From NCBI GenBank assembly GCA_039815375.1, contig JBCBZJ010000001.1:320001-384000 (forward strand): a DNA stretch of 64,000 nucleotides. The letters are read 5' to 3'. Positions 10,229 through 20,863 of this stretch are shown piece after piece (position 1 is the first letter of the stretch; each line of letters opens with the position of its first letter). This DNA comes from Verrucomicrobiota bacterium. GTDB taxonomy: Bacteria; Verrucomicrobiota; Verrucomicrobiia; Opitutales; Coraliomargaritaceae. A model generated the notes under the pieces. The model had not been told where the DNA came from, made no database searches, and worked only from the letters and a program-made list of their open reading frames with translations. A program made the translations under genes and the position numbers.

Positions 10229-10848
10229 TATCCGAGAAATATAAATTGATTTTTATTGCAGTGCCTAAAACTGGAACTTCTTCGTTTAACGTCATGTTCG
10301 AGGAATTATTGAACGCTGAACGCAATAAGTATTCAATTGGATCCGAATGTATTGCTTGTCCCGAGCACATTGATTATAAAACACTGAGATCGGTAGTCGG
10401 AGATCAGGGCATGTCGCAGTTTCTGATAGTTGGTGCGACTCGGAATCCGTGGGACCGTATGGTATCGGCTTATTCATTCTACAACAGTGGACGCGTTGTT
10501 GGCCGAGTGAGTGCTGGTAAACAGCTTGGGTTCAAGGCAATTATAAATGTAGTTCTTGCTAAAATACTACCTTTTCGATTCTGGATTAGGATCAAACCTT
10601 ATCGTAGTTGTATGTCATATCTGCGAGACGAATCCGGGCAGATGCGGGCGGACTACGTGATACGTTTTGAGGAGTATACTCATGATTTGAAGAGCTTATG
10701 CCGTCGTCTAGGAGTTGAATTTAAGGCTCCTGTGCATATCAATAAATCTGATCGCAAGTGCTACAGAGATTACTACACGGATTCTACTCGAAGACTAGTC
10801 GGTAAGCGTTTCCGTGATGACATTGAAATGTTCAAGTATGAGTTCTAG
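10222..10848 (+). CDS. sulfotransferase family 2 protein
   Basis: FIAVPKTGTSS, RNPWDRMVSAY, IRFEE, YRDYY...DDIEMFKYEF. Confidence 0.88.
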   Translation: MLVSEKYKLIFIAVPKTGTSSFNVMFEELLNAERNKYSIGSECIACPEHIDYKTLRSVVGDQGMSQFLIVGATRNPWDRMVSAYSFYNSGRVVGRVSAGKQLGFKAIINVVLAKILPFRFWIRIKPYRSCMSYLRDESGQMRADYVIRFEEYTHDLKSLCRRLGVEFKAPVHINKSDRKCYRDYYTDSTRRLVGKRFRDDIEMFKYEF

Positions 10849-10862
10849 TAGAGTGTACTACT

Positions 10863-11612
10863 GTGGATAAATTCATAAACTTTACGCACATACCCAAATG
10901 TGCAGGTACTGCTTTCTACTATAGTTTAGTGCGTGAATCTATTCCGGAGAAAGAGGTGTACTTCCCTAGAAGCTACAGTGAAATTATCCGCTCTAAGAAA
11001 GATTATCGTTACATTCGCGGGCATTGGCCAAGCGGCATTACCCGTTTTATGCGTCATAATAACTATGTGAGGAATGGAGTCGTCAATATAGTTGCATTTC
11101 GTGAGCCGATTGCACAGGCGAAGAGTTTATATAGATACTATACTTTAGAAAGAAGCGGGGCCAAGGGATACCGCAAGAATCTTGAGCGAGGTGTGCTTGA
11201 TTTCTATAAGAACAAACCGCATTTGTGTAATCTACAGGCCAAGTATCTACTCGGATTTTTATGGGTTCATCACCGTTCGCCGTTGGGGTGCATGCAGAGC
11301 AGGATTGCTAGGCAGTTGGCGAGGCTGGCTTCGCGCAGATTGCGTTCAGGCTACGATTATGTTCTGATACAGGAGGATACCATGTCTGGTTTTGAATTTA
11401 TTGGAGGTCAATTGGGCTTGGTATGCTCGTTCCAGCGCCCAGATCTTACTGCTACAGCTGATGCGCATGCTGTGATTACGCTTAGTGAAGGCGAGGAGGA
11501 AGAGCTAAAGAGCATGTTTAACCTGGATTGCATTTTGTATCGCTGGGTGTGTGCGCAATATAGATGCCACGGTTTCATACCGCAGAAGTGGGAAGCTTTT
11601 AGTGAGTTTTAA
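10863..11612 (+). CDS. sulfotransferase family 2 protein
   Basis: FTHIPKCAGT, IRGH, FREPIAQAKSLYRY, NLQAKYL, LDCILY. Confidence 0.82.
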   Translation: MDKFINFTHIPKCAGTAFYYSLVRESIPEKEVYFPRSYSEIIRSKKDYRYIRGHWPSGITRFMRHNNYVRNGVVNIVAFREPIAQAKSLYRYYTLERSGAKGYRKNLERGVLDFYKNKPHLCNLQAKYLLGFLWVHHRSPLGCMQSRIARQLARLASRRLRSGYDYVLIQEDTMSGFEFIGGQLGLVCSFQRPDLTATADAHAVITLSEGEEEELKSMFNLDCILYRWVCAQYRCHGFIPQKWEAFSEF

Positions 11613-12876
11613 ACGACAGTTATATGGGAGTTTATTGGCTCGCATACTAGGAGTCCCTATCGCTCTTAGTATCAGTGTGATTACTGCTCGATACTTAGGG
11701 CCTGAGCTGCGTGGTGAATTTGCAAAGATCATGACGACTGCTGTGATATTCACTATATTAAAGGATTTGTTTTCAGGGGGAAGTCAGATTCTGCTAAAGG
11801 ATAGTTTTGACGGCTTAAGATGGTTAACTTATCAGGCCTTTTTAGCCCCACTTGCCGGAGTTTTGTTTTTTTGCCTGTTATGCTTATCGCTTGGTTCTGC
11901 GTTGGACTTTATGTTGCCCAAAGGGGTGGGGCTTGTCGCCGTAGTCTTGTGTTCTATTTTGATCTATTTGATCGGTGTTGAGGAGGCGCTTACGCGTCTA
12001 GTCACAGGCTGCCAGAAGGTTAATTATGTTAATGCTGTTAGACTTGTGTTGTCGTTGTTTCGTTTGGTCTGTCTATTTGCATGCTTCTATGTGACTGCTG
12101 CTAATTACGTTCTAGTTGTATCAATCCTTGTTGCGAAGTCGCTATTTTTTGTGGCTGCTATGATGTTTAGCCTAACGCGCACTTTGAGTTGGAAAGAGGG
12201 AAGTAACGTTCGTAAATTAGATGGTTGGGGTAAGCGCTCTCTATTACTTGGTGCAAAGACTGTTGGCAGGAGCATTGGCGTTATCCTTATCCTTAAGTCA
12301 GACGTGTGGATGATGGCTGCTTTGTCTACTGTTGAGCAGGTTGGTATTTATCATGTTGCAGTTGGTCTTTGTGCTCTGGTGATGACTTTTAGTAATACAG
12401 TGGCAAATGTTGCTCGCACTCGAGCGATTGTTGAGAGTGAGAATTATGAGCGAACACTTATGCTAGTTAAATTTGTGGTTCTGGCTGGGATGTTGGCTTG
12501 GCCTGCGGTATGGATAGGTGCGCCAATTCTAGTCTCAGTTCTTTATGGTGCTAGCTATATGGAAAGTGCAGATATATTTCGTGTCTTGTGGGGTGCTGTG
12601 GTCTTTTGGTCTTCTGCAAACATTATTAGCAACGTGCTAATGGTTGAGCGAAATGCTCCGGTGTGGATCGCAATTTGCATGTTTGCCGGGTTGTTTGTGA
12701 ATTTGGTGTGCAACTACTTTTTTATTCCGCAATGGGGAGGGCTTGGTGCTGCATGGGCGTCAATGGCTGCATATGTAGTGGTGTTTGTCTGGAATATATG
12801 TGTGTTCTTTAGAACTTACCCCATTCGTATGAGTTCAGTTTTTAGTTTTAACCTGAGGTATTTTCAAAATGTTTAG
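11602..12876 (+). CDS. wzx: polysaccharide flippase (Wzx/MOP family)
   Basis: About 12 TM segments; ARYLGPELRG, DVWMM...QVGIYHVA, NYFFIPQWGGLGAAWAS; GTG start at 11602. Confidence 0.88.
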   Translation: MSFKRQLYGSLLARILGVPIALSISVITARYLGPELRGEFAKIMTTAVIFTILKDLFSGGSQILLKDSFDGLRWLTYQAFLAPLAGVLFFCLLCLSLGSALDFMLPKGVGLVAVVLCSILIYLIGVEEALTRLVTGCQKVNYVNAVRLVLSLFRLVCLFACFYVTAANYVLVVSILVAKSLFFVAAMMFSLTRTLSWKEGSNVRKLDGWGKRSLLLGAKTVGRSIGVILILKSDVWMMAALSTVEQVGIYHVAVGLCALVMTFSNTVANVARTRAIVESENYERTLMLVKFVVLAGMLAWPAVWIGAPILVSVLYGASYMESADIFRVLWGAVVFWSSANIISNVLMVERNAPVWIAICMFAGLFVNLVCNYFFIPQWGGLGAAWASMAAYVVVFVWNICVFFRTYPIRMSSVFSFNLRYFQNV

Positions 12877-13822
12877 TGTTGTATTACCTGTCGTGAAAAG
12901 TCGGTACTTTGAAGCGGCTTTAAAAAGCGTGCTAAATCAGGACTATCGCGACTTTGAATTGATTGTTGTGGACAATGATGCCGATGAGGAGGTCCAAGCC
13001 ATCCTTGGGCGCAATCAAGATGAGAGGATGCGATCCATACGGCATGAGAAACAAATACCGATTATTGAGAATTGGAATAAGTGTTTGTCCTATGCGACTA
13101 GGCAATATTTCGTACTTTTTTCAGATGATGATGTGATGCAACCAGGCTATCTAGAGGCTGTGTCTCAAGTGATTAGAGCGAATCCAGATAGTAAGATGAT
13201 CCATACTCGTGTCAGGATGTTTACTGGTAATAACAAATTGCGCGGATTGTCTGCGATTGCACCTGATGTTGAAGATGGAATAAATTATGTTTATGAGACT
13301 TTCTGCAAAGGTCGGTCGCAACTCATATCTGATTTCGTTTGGCAGCGTGAGTTCTTTCTTGCCCAAAGTGGTTATGAGTCTTTAGAGGGTGCTTGGGGCT
13401 CAGATGAAGTGACAACCTACAAGATGGCAATTGCTGCAGGAACAGTACATTATATTCCAGAGGTAATGGTATGGTGGCGCCATTCTGAGATTAATTTTAC
13501 TAACAAGATGTCCTATCGAGCTCAGTATTCGGCTAATCTTGACTTTGTTCGGTGGATGTCAGGTTTTATTGAAAAGCTTGAGTTGCAGTATGGGACTACA
13601 GATCAGTTAAAACTAATTCAGAAAAAGCTGCCCTTGAATTTTCAGGCGAGGATGGGTAACTGCATGCAAAATCTTGGGATGTCACGCTCATTTCTTGCGC
13701 CAATCTGGTTCAAATTAACTAATCGGAATCAGACTCCAACCCTAAGCTGGATGACTGTAATGCGAGCAATTGTAGGAGTCTTGCATAAAAAGTTAACGAA
13801 CGTGAAACATTATCGAGGCTGA
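12869..13822 (+). CDS. glycosyltransferase family 2
   Basis: FSVVLPV, SVLNQDYRDFELIVVDND, ENWNKCL, FSDDD. Confidence 0.9.
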   Translation: MFSVVLPVVKSRYFEAALKSVLNQDYRDFELIVVDNDADEEVQAILGRNQDERMRSIRHEKQIPIIENWNKCLSYATRQYFVLFSDDDVMQPGYLEAVSQVIRANPDSKMIHTRVRMFTGNNKLRGLSAIAPDVEDGINYVYETFCKGRSQLISDFVWQREFFLAQSGYESLEGAWGSDEVTTYKMAIAAGTVHYIPEVMVWWRHSEINFTNKMSYRAQYSANLDFVRWMSGFIEKLELQYGTTDQLKLIQKKLPLNFQARMGNCMQNLGMSRSFLAPIWFKLTNRNQTPTLSWMTVMRAIVGVLHKKLTNVKHYRG

Positions 13823-13828
13823 CGTTCT

Positions 13829-14974
13829 ATGAGTAAGAAAATTACAGTTTTTGAGGCGGCAATTACCCGCTATTACAGTTATCAGGCAATTGAGAGTTTG
13901 CCGGAAGAGATTGAAGTATTGCTTTTTACTGCAGAAATGAAGCGTTGTCCAAACGCTTTAAAGAATAAAGTTAAGTACGCTCCTTTGCCATTTCGAGTAT
14001 CTCATTATTTAGCGTGGCGCGTCAGTCGCATAAGGCGGTTTATTCCAGATTTATACAACTATTTTGACCGATTAGCATGTCGGCGATTAAAGCTAAATCA
14101 GTCTGCTAGTGTTGCCCATTTGTGGTCAGGCACGTCTTTAAATACGCTTCGTTGGGCGAAACAGCATTTTGGTGGAAAGTTAGTTGTTGAGCGTTCTGGT
14201 TCACATATTGAATTGCAGTATCAAATGTTGTGTGAAGAGGCAGAACGCACTAAGAACAAACTTGGTGGGATGCCCGTCTTTGACCCGGACTTACGTAAAC
14301 GGATGTTGGAAGAATATGAGTTGGCCGATACAATTTTAGTTCCGTCTGAATATGCTAAGAAAACATTTGTGGACTGCGGCTTACCCGCGGATAAGGTTGA
14401 AGTAATACCTCTTGGTACTAATGCAAAAGCAGTTGAGTCTCTGCCAGCGAAAAAGAGTCGATTGTCAGTTCTATTTGTCGGAGGTGAGCCCTTGCGAAAA
14501 GGCTTGTTTACCTTGCTGGATGTATGGGAATCCTTGGCGCCCGATGCAGACCTTTATGTGGTCACAGATCATTCGCGAGTGCCTTCGGATAAACATGACA
14601 TAGCAGGAGTTAATTTTTTGCCATTCATGGATCACTCTGCTTTAACTCAACTGATGTCTGAATGTCATTTGTTATGCTTGCCGTCTGTTGAAGATGGTTT
14701 TGGTATGGTTGTTTCTGAGGCTATGGCGATGGGAACTGCAGTCTTAGTTTCGACGAATTGCGGTGCGTCTGAGTTGGTAAATCACGGCTTCAATGGCTCA
14801 ATTTTTTCTGCTGGTGATGCTGCGAGTCTAATGGAGAATTTGAGTCAACTGCTAGCCTCTGAGGAACGGCTTCTTGAAATGTGTGACCATGCCCGCACTT
14901 CGCTGGATGGTGCATCATGGGCTGCATATGGCCAGAAGTTGGCAAATTTCTATCGGAGGTCGTCTGATGCTTGA
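13829..14974 (+). CDS. glycosyltransferase family 4
   Basis: EEYELADTILVPS, FVGGEPLRKG, PSVEDGFGMVVSEAMAMG. Confidence 0.9.
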   Translation: MSKKITVFEAAITRYYSYQAIESLPEEIEVLLFTAEMKRCPNALKNKVKYAPLPFRVSHYLAWRVSRIRRFIPDLYNYFDRLACRRLKLNQSASVAHLWSGTSLNTLRWAKQHFGGKLVVERSGSHIELQYQMLCEEAERTKNKLGGMPVFDPDLRKRMLEEYELADTILVPSEYAKKTFVDCGLPADKVEVIPLGTNAKAVESLPAKKSRLSVLFVGGEPLRKGLFTLLDVWESLAPDADLYVVTDHSRVPSDKHDIAGVNFLPFMDHSALTQLMSECHLLCLPSVEDGFGMVVSEAMAMGTAVLVSTNCGASELVNHGFNGSIFSAGDAASLMENLSQLLASEERLLEMCDHARTSLDGASWAAYGQKLANFYRRSSDA

Positions 14975-16367
14975 GCATGAAAATAGTGTGGAGTGGTTGA
15001 TCCGTATTGGATTGCTAGCGTTCTTGCAGTGCTGGGGCTTGATATCAATGTATCATTTCTTGGATCTTCGCGTAGTTGCTGCTGGAGGCTTGTTGCTGCT
15101 TGTGCGCCTAGTAGTTTTCTTGCGATTTCGATTGCCAAAGGACCTCGCTAAAATCTCCCTTTGGTCATACTGGGATGTTTCTTATACTGTCATTCCTGCA
15201 TTTTCGCTTACATTTTCGCTCGAAGGGTTCAAAGGCGAAATTATGCCATACACTGTATTCGTGGGGCAGTTAGTCCTTTTGTGTGCAAGTGCTGCAATGT
15301 TTGTAGCGTCAAATCTACTCGAAAAAAATAAGAAGATTCCTGAGGTGCAGGAGTCAATAAGGCGATTAGTGGTTCCGCGCGTTATACGTAGTATCTTTGT
15401 AGCCTTTGTGTGTGTTTCTTTTTTACTCACACTTTTAGTTGTTGTTATGGGAATTGCAGAGATGGGCACGCGTACCGGGACATTCACGAAGTTGCCTTTT
15501 AAGCTGGAAGGCCTGATTAACGTGAGTCGCAACCTATACATACCAATCTTGTATGTGTTCTTTGTGTATCTGTTTTCTCGCATGCAGGAGCGGAATTTCT
15601 ATGTCTTGTCCATCGCTGCATTATTTTTGTGGGCTGGGTTTGAGATGTATGTGCGCTTCAGTAAGGGCTTTTTATTCGTAGCAGTTATGCCACTTGTTTT
15701 TCTCTTTATTCACCAGCGTAAGCTAAAGCTCTGGATGCTTGTATTAGGAGTTACAGGTGTGCTTTGCTGGGTAGCTTTGTATCCATATATTGGCATACTG
15801 CGTAGTGCAACTCAGAGTGCTGTTGTTGCTGTGGAGGATATGAGTTTTGTCTATGGCTCAATGGATAGTCAGTTTTTGAATTCTCTAGACAAAGTCATGA
15901 GGCGCATCTGCACAGATGCTATATACATGCAAAACGTTCTATCTTTTCATGGATATGGACAGCCCTCCATCGAGCAAATCGGGCGTGTGGTTAGTTATGG
16001 AGGCGAGGCTATTTATTACACTCGAGTAGTTTTAGGCTCAAATGTTCTGTTCTTTAGTGCAGGTATGTCGGGTGTTCCTGGTGCCTATATGATGTATGGC
16101 TATGTTGGAATAGTGCTCTGTGTGGTTACGTTGTCGTTTCTGTCTTGTTGGGGGGATCGATTGATATATTCACATATCTATGGAAATAGTTTCAATCGTG
16201 CTATTGTTGGTTATTTGATATATACACTAGCCTCCACTGAGTTTTTCGCGACATTTTACAAGTTGCGTGATTTCATGGAGTTCTTTGTTACTTTAGCTAT
16301 CGTGTTGCTGTTGTCTAAGAGGATGAGTAGGTTTGAAAATCCACGAATTGGCTTTGGGCAGGTGTAG
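14967..16367 (+). CDS. multi-pass membrane protein, probable O-antigen/polysaccharide polymerase (Wzy)
   Basis: About 11 TM segments with a large periplasmic loop, among glycosyltransferases of a Wzx locus; GGAGG before ATG 14967. Confidence 0.65.
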   Translation: MLEHENSVEWLIRIGLLAFLQCWGLISMYHFLDLRVVAAGGLLLLVRLVVFLRFRLPKDLAKISLWSYWDVSYTVIPAFSLTFSLEGFKGEIMPYTVFVGQLVLLCASAAMFVASNLLEKNKKIPEVQESIRRLVVPRVIRSIFVAFVCVSFLLTLLVVVMGIAEMGTRTGTFTKLPFKLEGLINVSRNLYIPILYVFFVYLFSRMQERNFYVLSIAALFLWAGFEMYVRFSKGFLFVAVMPLVFLFIHQRKLKLWMLVLGVTGVLCWVALYPYIGILRSATQSAVVAVEDMSFVYGSMDSQFLNSLDKVMRRICTDAIYMQNVLSFHGYGQPSIEQIGRVVSYGGEAIYYTRVVLGSNVLFFSAGMSGVPGAYMMYGYVGIVLCVVTLSFLSCWGDRLIYSHIYGNSFNRAIVGYLIYTLASTEFFATFYKLRDFMEFFVTLAIVLLLSKRMSRFENPRIGFGQV

Positions 16368-17566
16368 TGAGAATTATTTACGTGTTGAATGAATGTCCGT
16401 CGCCTGCTGACAGCGGACCCAAAATCTATTCTCTGGGCATACTGCAGATGTTGCTTCAGGCTGGTGCCCAGGTTGAATTAGTTGTTTATTTCCGGTCCAT
16501 TGACGAGCTTACAAGATATCGAGAGATGGCGTCTTCATATAACGTCGGGATTCTTGGAGAATTAATGGTGGCAAGTGGTTTGCGTCTGCTTTTTCGGCGT
16601 ATTCTGTATGGGTTAACGTTTCGGCTTATGAAGTCCGCAGACTATCCTATTGGCGGATTTACATCTATCTTAAATTCTACTGATCTGGATAGGTTGGATT
16701 GTATCATCTTCGACCACTGTCGCTTATCTCATCTCAGATTAACTTCTAGGATTAACTGTGTTAAGATCTTAATGGGACATGATTGTTATTCGAATAGTTA
16801 CCGTAAAATGCTACAGTTTGACTGTGGTTGGGAAGAGAAAATTCATACACTTCTAAAGTACTTCGCATACCGTAGGATTGAAGCTATTGATTATCAGTGC
16901 TTTGATCGGCTATGGGTGGTTGGTTCAGAGGATCGTGATACGTTAGCTTCGCGATCTTCTTTACACGTTAAGAGAATTACGATACCAGTTGATCCGGAAT
17001 ATTTCGACTTTAAGAGCCGTATACCAGAGGAGAATGCAGTTTCCTTTCGCTGCATTATAGGAACTGCGATGTATATCCGTGATTTTGCGCGAGACATCTC
17101 GCTTTGGATTGCTTCTGAGGTGCCCGACGAAGTGTTGTCAGGTTTTGAGTTTGTTGGATGTGGTCCGGAGCCGATAGCTGATTTACAGGATCTTCTTAAT
17201 CGTATCGGATATCGTCATTTTGGATGGGTGCCTAATTACGCGGAGTTCATTCAAACTGCTAGTATTTTTATATATCCGCAGCGTGTTGGTTCTGGTATCC
17301 AAAATAAAGTTATACAAGCGATGGCAATGGGGATGGTTTGTATACTCTCTAAAGAGGTTGCATCTGCAACGGGGGTATCTCATGAGTGCGAATGTCTCGT
17401 TGTGCAAAAACCTGAGGATGTGTGGCCTGCACTTTCTAGGTTGCGTCGAGACTGGAAGCTTATGCAGCTACTGAGCATCAATGCGCGGAATTTTTGTGAC
17501 AGTCAGTTTTCTTTTGCGTCAGTAAGTGCGACTCTCAAAGGTGAGCTCAGTGAGATTATTTCGTAG
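16367..17566 (+). CDS. glycosyltransferase family 4
   Basis: PSPADSGPK N-terminus, GWVPN, PQRVGSGIQNKVIQAMAMG. Confidence 0.85.
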   Translation: MRIIYVLNECPSPADSGPKIYSLGILQMLLQAGAQVELVVYFRSIDELTRYREMASSYNVGILGELMVASGLRLLFRRILYGLTFRLMKSADYPIGGFTSILNSTDLDRLDCIIFDHCRLSHLRLTSRINCVKILMGHDCYSNSYRKMLQFDCGWEEKIHTLLKYFAYRRIEAIDYQCFDRLWVVGSEDRDTLASRSSLHVKRITIPVDPEYFDFKSRIPEENAVSFRCIIGTAMYIRDFARDISLWIASEVPDEVLSGFEFVGCGPEPIADLQDLLNRIGYRHFGWVPNYAEFIQTASIFIYPQRVGSGIQNKVIQAMAMGMVCILSKEVASATGVSHECECLVVQKPEDVWPALSRLRRDWKLMQLLSINARNFCDSQFSFASVSATLKGELSEIIS

Positions 17567-18478
17567 ATGTCATCGCAACCGCTATTAATTACGGGCATAC
17601 ATCGCTCTGGGAGTACGTGGCTCGGACAGGTTGTGGCGCGTTGTCCGCGTTTTGGTTTTGTTTGGGAGCCGCTGAATCAGGAAACCGTTTGTTATGGGCG
17701 TTTTAACTACAGGCCGAATACTTGGTATCCATATATATCGGACTTTGATTGCTCTAGACAGGTCGATGCTTTTCAGCGATTAGAGCAATTCGGTTTTAAC
17801 TACCTAAATGGTCTGAGAGATATTAAGAGTCTGAGAACGCTTTTGCGTTATGGTCGTGATGCAGTTAATTTTAATCGTTGGCGCTGTGAACAGAGACGTT
17901 TGCTCATTAAGGATCCAATGGCTTTTTACTCGGCCGAATGGATTCATCGCCGTTTAAACTCTCAAGTGATTGTCTTGATACGCAACCCGATGGCTTTTGT
18001 TGCAAGTATGTTGAGAGCAGGCTGGTATATGCCCCTAGTGGATATTGTAAATCAAGTTGAGCTAGTTGAGGCATACCCAAGCGAAATATTAGATGATATA
18101 CATGCTTTTCTTGAAGGTTCTGGGGATTGTCATTCGGTTGAAGCCTGCACATTAGGTTGGCGTTACATCCACCAAGTGATAATTATGCTGAAAGAGAAAT
18201 ACTCCAATTGGCTTTTCATAAGTCACGAGGATCTAGTGCGGCTCCCTTCAAAGATGATAACCGAGGTATTCAACTATCTTAGAGAAGAGCCAGGAACGAA
18301 GCTGCTCTCATATCTGGACAATTCATTAAGTTCTGACCAGGGGGAACGAGGCATGCGAAGAGACCCTGCGAAACTACTGGCATCTTATGAAAAAGTGCTG
18401 ACGCATGAGCAGATAAAATATATACGTGACCTATGTGAGCCTGAGTTAAGCAAATTGTATCCGGGGAAATCGTTTTAA
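17567..18478 (+). CDS. sulfotransferase
   Basis: LITGIHRSGSTWL, WEP, LIKDP, LIRNPMAFVAS, HEDLV. Confidence 0.9.
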   Translation: MSSQPLLITGIHRSGSTWLGQVVARCPRFGFVWEPLNQETVCYGRFNYRPNTWYPYISDFDCSRQVDAFQRLEQFGFNYLNGLRDIKSLRTLLRYGRDAVNFNRWRCEQRRLLIKDPMAFYSAEWIHRRLNSQVIVLIRNPMAFVASMLRAGWYMPLVDIVNQVELVEAYPSEILDDIHAFLEGSGDCHSVEACTLGWRYIHQVIIMLKEKYSNWLFISHEDLVRLPSKMITEVFNYLREEPGTKLLSYLDNSLSSDQGERGMRRDPAKLLASYEKVLTHEQIKYIRDLCEPELSKLYPGKSF

Positions 18479-19587
18479 TGAAAGTCTGTGTAAGTGTTTC
18501 TTCGGCATCTCGTGCTGGCGGAGGTGTTTTTACTGCGGCGGCGGCCTTGTACTCAAGATTGGCAGAAATGCCGAATGTTGAAGTCTTGGTATTGGCGCCA
18601 CGTGATAAATTCCATCAGGAAGATGCTATTGCTTGGGGAAAGTGTCGGTTGATACACTTATCCAAAGTGGATTTCTTTAGCCGTTATACTTCTATTGTCA
18701 GGCAGCTAAATCCAGACATTGTTCACATCCACGGCCTTTGGACTTTTACTGCATTTTCCGGTGCGTTTGCGGCAAAGCGACTAGGTGTCCCGTATGTTAT
18801 TTCACCTCATGGTATGTTGGATCCATGGGCGCGCGCTAACTCTAAGTACAAGAAAGATGGTGCTTGGGCATTGTTCCAGAAACGTCAGTTTTACGCAGCT
18901 ACACGCGTGCATGCGCTTAATTTAAAAGAGGTTAGTTCGGTGCGGCAGTGTGGATACCGCGGGGAAATTAGTGTATTGCCCAATGGGGTTGATTTACTTG
19001 CAGCACCAGAGGTAAATCTCAATACAGATGCTAAGCGTATGTGTTTTCTTGGCAGAATTCACCCAAAGAAAGGTATTGATATACTGATAGAAGCATGGGC
19101 TATTGCATTAGGAAAAACTGATTCAGCGTTATTGAATTGGTCTTTGGAAATCGCCGGCTGGGATGATGGTGGGCATGTCGACGGGTATAAGTCGCGTGTC
19201 GATGAACTTGGGTTGACCGATGTTATCCGTTTCGTTGCTCCCAAGTTCGATCAAGAAAAATTCAATTTCTTGTCAGGATCGAGTGCATTCATTTTACCAT
19301 CAAGAAGTGAAGGGCTCCCGGTTGCAGTGCTGGAAGCTTGGGAGCGGTGCATTCCAGTTTTAGGGAGTGTTGAAACGAATCTTGTCGACGAAATCAATTC
19401 CGGGTGCGGTGTAGTCATCTCTCTGAATCAGGATGAACTTGCCCGACAGCTTGTGGCTTTTGCAGAACTTGATCTTGAGCAACGTGTTGAAATGGGCCAA
19501 AAGGGCCGATGTCTGGTTGAAGATCGTTTCAGCTGGCGAAAAATTGCGAAACAATTTTATGAGTTGTACCAAACTTATAGTAAATAA
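18478..19587 (+). CDS. glycosyltransferase family 4
   Basis: HIHGLW, SPHGMLDPW, FLGRIHPKKG, PSRSEGLPVAVLEAW. Confidence 0.92.
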   Translation: MKVCVSVSSASRAGGGVFTAAAALYSRLAEMPNVEVLVLAPRDKFHQEDAIAWGKCRLIHLSKVDFFSRYTSIVRQLNPDIVHIHGLWTFTAFSGAFAAKRLGVPYVISPHGMLDPWARANSKYKKDGAWALFQKRQFYAATRVHALNLKEVSSVRQCGYRGEISVLPNGVDLLAAPEVNLNTDAKRMCFLGRIHPKKGIDILIEAWAIALGKTDSALLNWSLEIAGWDDGGHVDGYKSRVDELGLTDVIRFVAPKFDQEKFNFLSGSSAFILPSRSEGLPVAVLEAWERCIPVLGSVETNLVDEINSGCGVVISLNQDELARQLVAFAELDLEQRVEMGQKGRCLVEDRFSWRKIAKQFYELYQTYSK

Positions 19588-20311
19588 ATTCAAATGGTTT
19601 CTAAAGGATAGGCTTGAAGCGTATCCGAGACTTTACGTGAAACTTCTGAATCTGAAGCATGAGTCGAAATATGTTTTTAATCGATCTTGGGTGTGGCACA
19701 AAAAAGTGCTGCGTTCCGATACAGAGTTAATCATTGAAGGATATCCAAGATCTGGAAATACATTTGCTGTCCATGCCTTTAACTATGCTCAAGGGCATGA
19801 GAACACGATTATTGCGACCCATTCACATTCTGCAGCTCCTGTCATTGTTGGTGCACAGCGTGGGCTTCCTATCCTAATTGTTATTCGCAGGCCAGCTGAA
19901 GCGGTGGCATCTTTTACAGCTTTTCAGCGATACATCCGTGGGATAAATGAGGATTACGTCTTTTCTGAGTCGAATCTGATGCGTGCCATAGAGCGTTACA
20001 TCGTTTTCTACTCGTCGATACTCGATTTGATCGACAAATGCACGATTGCGACATTTGAAGAAGTTATTTCGGACTATGGGGCTGTAATCTTACGAGTGAA
20101 TGAGAAGTTCTTAACAGATTTCAAATGCTTTGAGCATGATGATTCTAGTGTCAATGAAGTCTTTAAAAGGGGGCCTGGTCATATGGTTCCAAGTGAAGAT
20201 AGAAGAATCTTTAAGTCTAAGACCCTACAGGCGCTTGAGACAGGTAAGTGTGGCACTATACTGGAAGAAGCAAAGCATGTATATTCCCTCGTAGTTGAGG
20301 GGCGCGATTGA
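19559..20311 (+). CDS. sulfotransferase-like protein
   Basis: IEGYPRSGNTF (5'-PSB), IRRPAEAVAS (3'-PB), TFEEV; start uncertain. Confidence 0.7.
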   Translation: MSCTKLIVNKFKWFLKDRLEAYPRLYVKLLNLKHESKYVFNRSWVWHKKVLRSDTELIIEGYPRSGNTFAVHAFNYAQGHENTIIATHSHSAAPVIVGAQRGLPILIVIRRPAEAVASFTAFQRYIRGINEDYVFSESNLMRAIERYIVFYSSILDLIDKCTIATFEEVISDYGAVILRVNEKFLTDFKCFEHDDSSVNEVFKRGPGHMVPSEDRRIFKSKTLQALETGKCGTILEEAKHVYSLVVEGRD

Positions 20312-20856
20312 TGGACAAGAGAGTTAACGTTGTAGGCAATCGCTCTGCTGTTAAGTATCGTAAGCGAGAATTGGTTTATCGCGTTTTGTGGGGCTGGGGT
20401 AAATTACTGTTTTGGATCAGCCCCAGACCGTGCTTTGGTTTCCGCAGATTTTTGTTAAGGTGTTTTGGTGCCCAAGTTGGTTCTAGAGTGAATATATACC
20501 CTTCTGTGAATGTATACTTCCCCTGGAATTTGACCATTGGGGAAGACAGTGCTGTGGGTGAGTGGGCGCTGATATATAATTTAGGTAAGGTTGAAATTGG
20601 TTCTAGGTCTACGATATCGCAGCGCACCCATCTTTGCGCAGGATCTCACGATTACAGTGATCCGAATATGCCTCTTTTGAAGCTACCAATTGTAATTTCG
20701 GATGACGTTTGGGTGTGCGCAGATTGCTTTATTGGTCCAAATGTAACGATTGCTAAGCGGGCAATTGTTGCAGCAGCGTCGGTAGTAGTTAAGGATGTTG
20801 AAGAATCTGTGATTGTCGCAGGAAATCCAGCAGTGCTCAAAAAGAGTAGAGATTAA
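20311..20856 (+). CDS. wcaF: hexapeptide-repeat acetyltransferase, WcaF-like
   Basis: FLLRCFGAQVG, FPWNLTIG, ISQRTHLCAGSHDY, AGNPA. Confidence 0.88.
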   Translation: MDKRVNVVGNRSAVKYRKRELVYRVLWGWGKLLFWISPRPCFGFRRFLLRCFGAQVGSRVNIYPSVNVYFPWNLTIGEDSAVGEWALIYNLGKVEIGSRSTISQRTHLCAGSHDYSDPNMPLLKLPIVISDDVWVCADCFIGPNVTIAKRAIVAAASVVVKDVEESVIVAGNPAVLKKSRD

Positions 20857-20863
20857 AAGTATT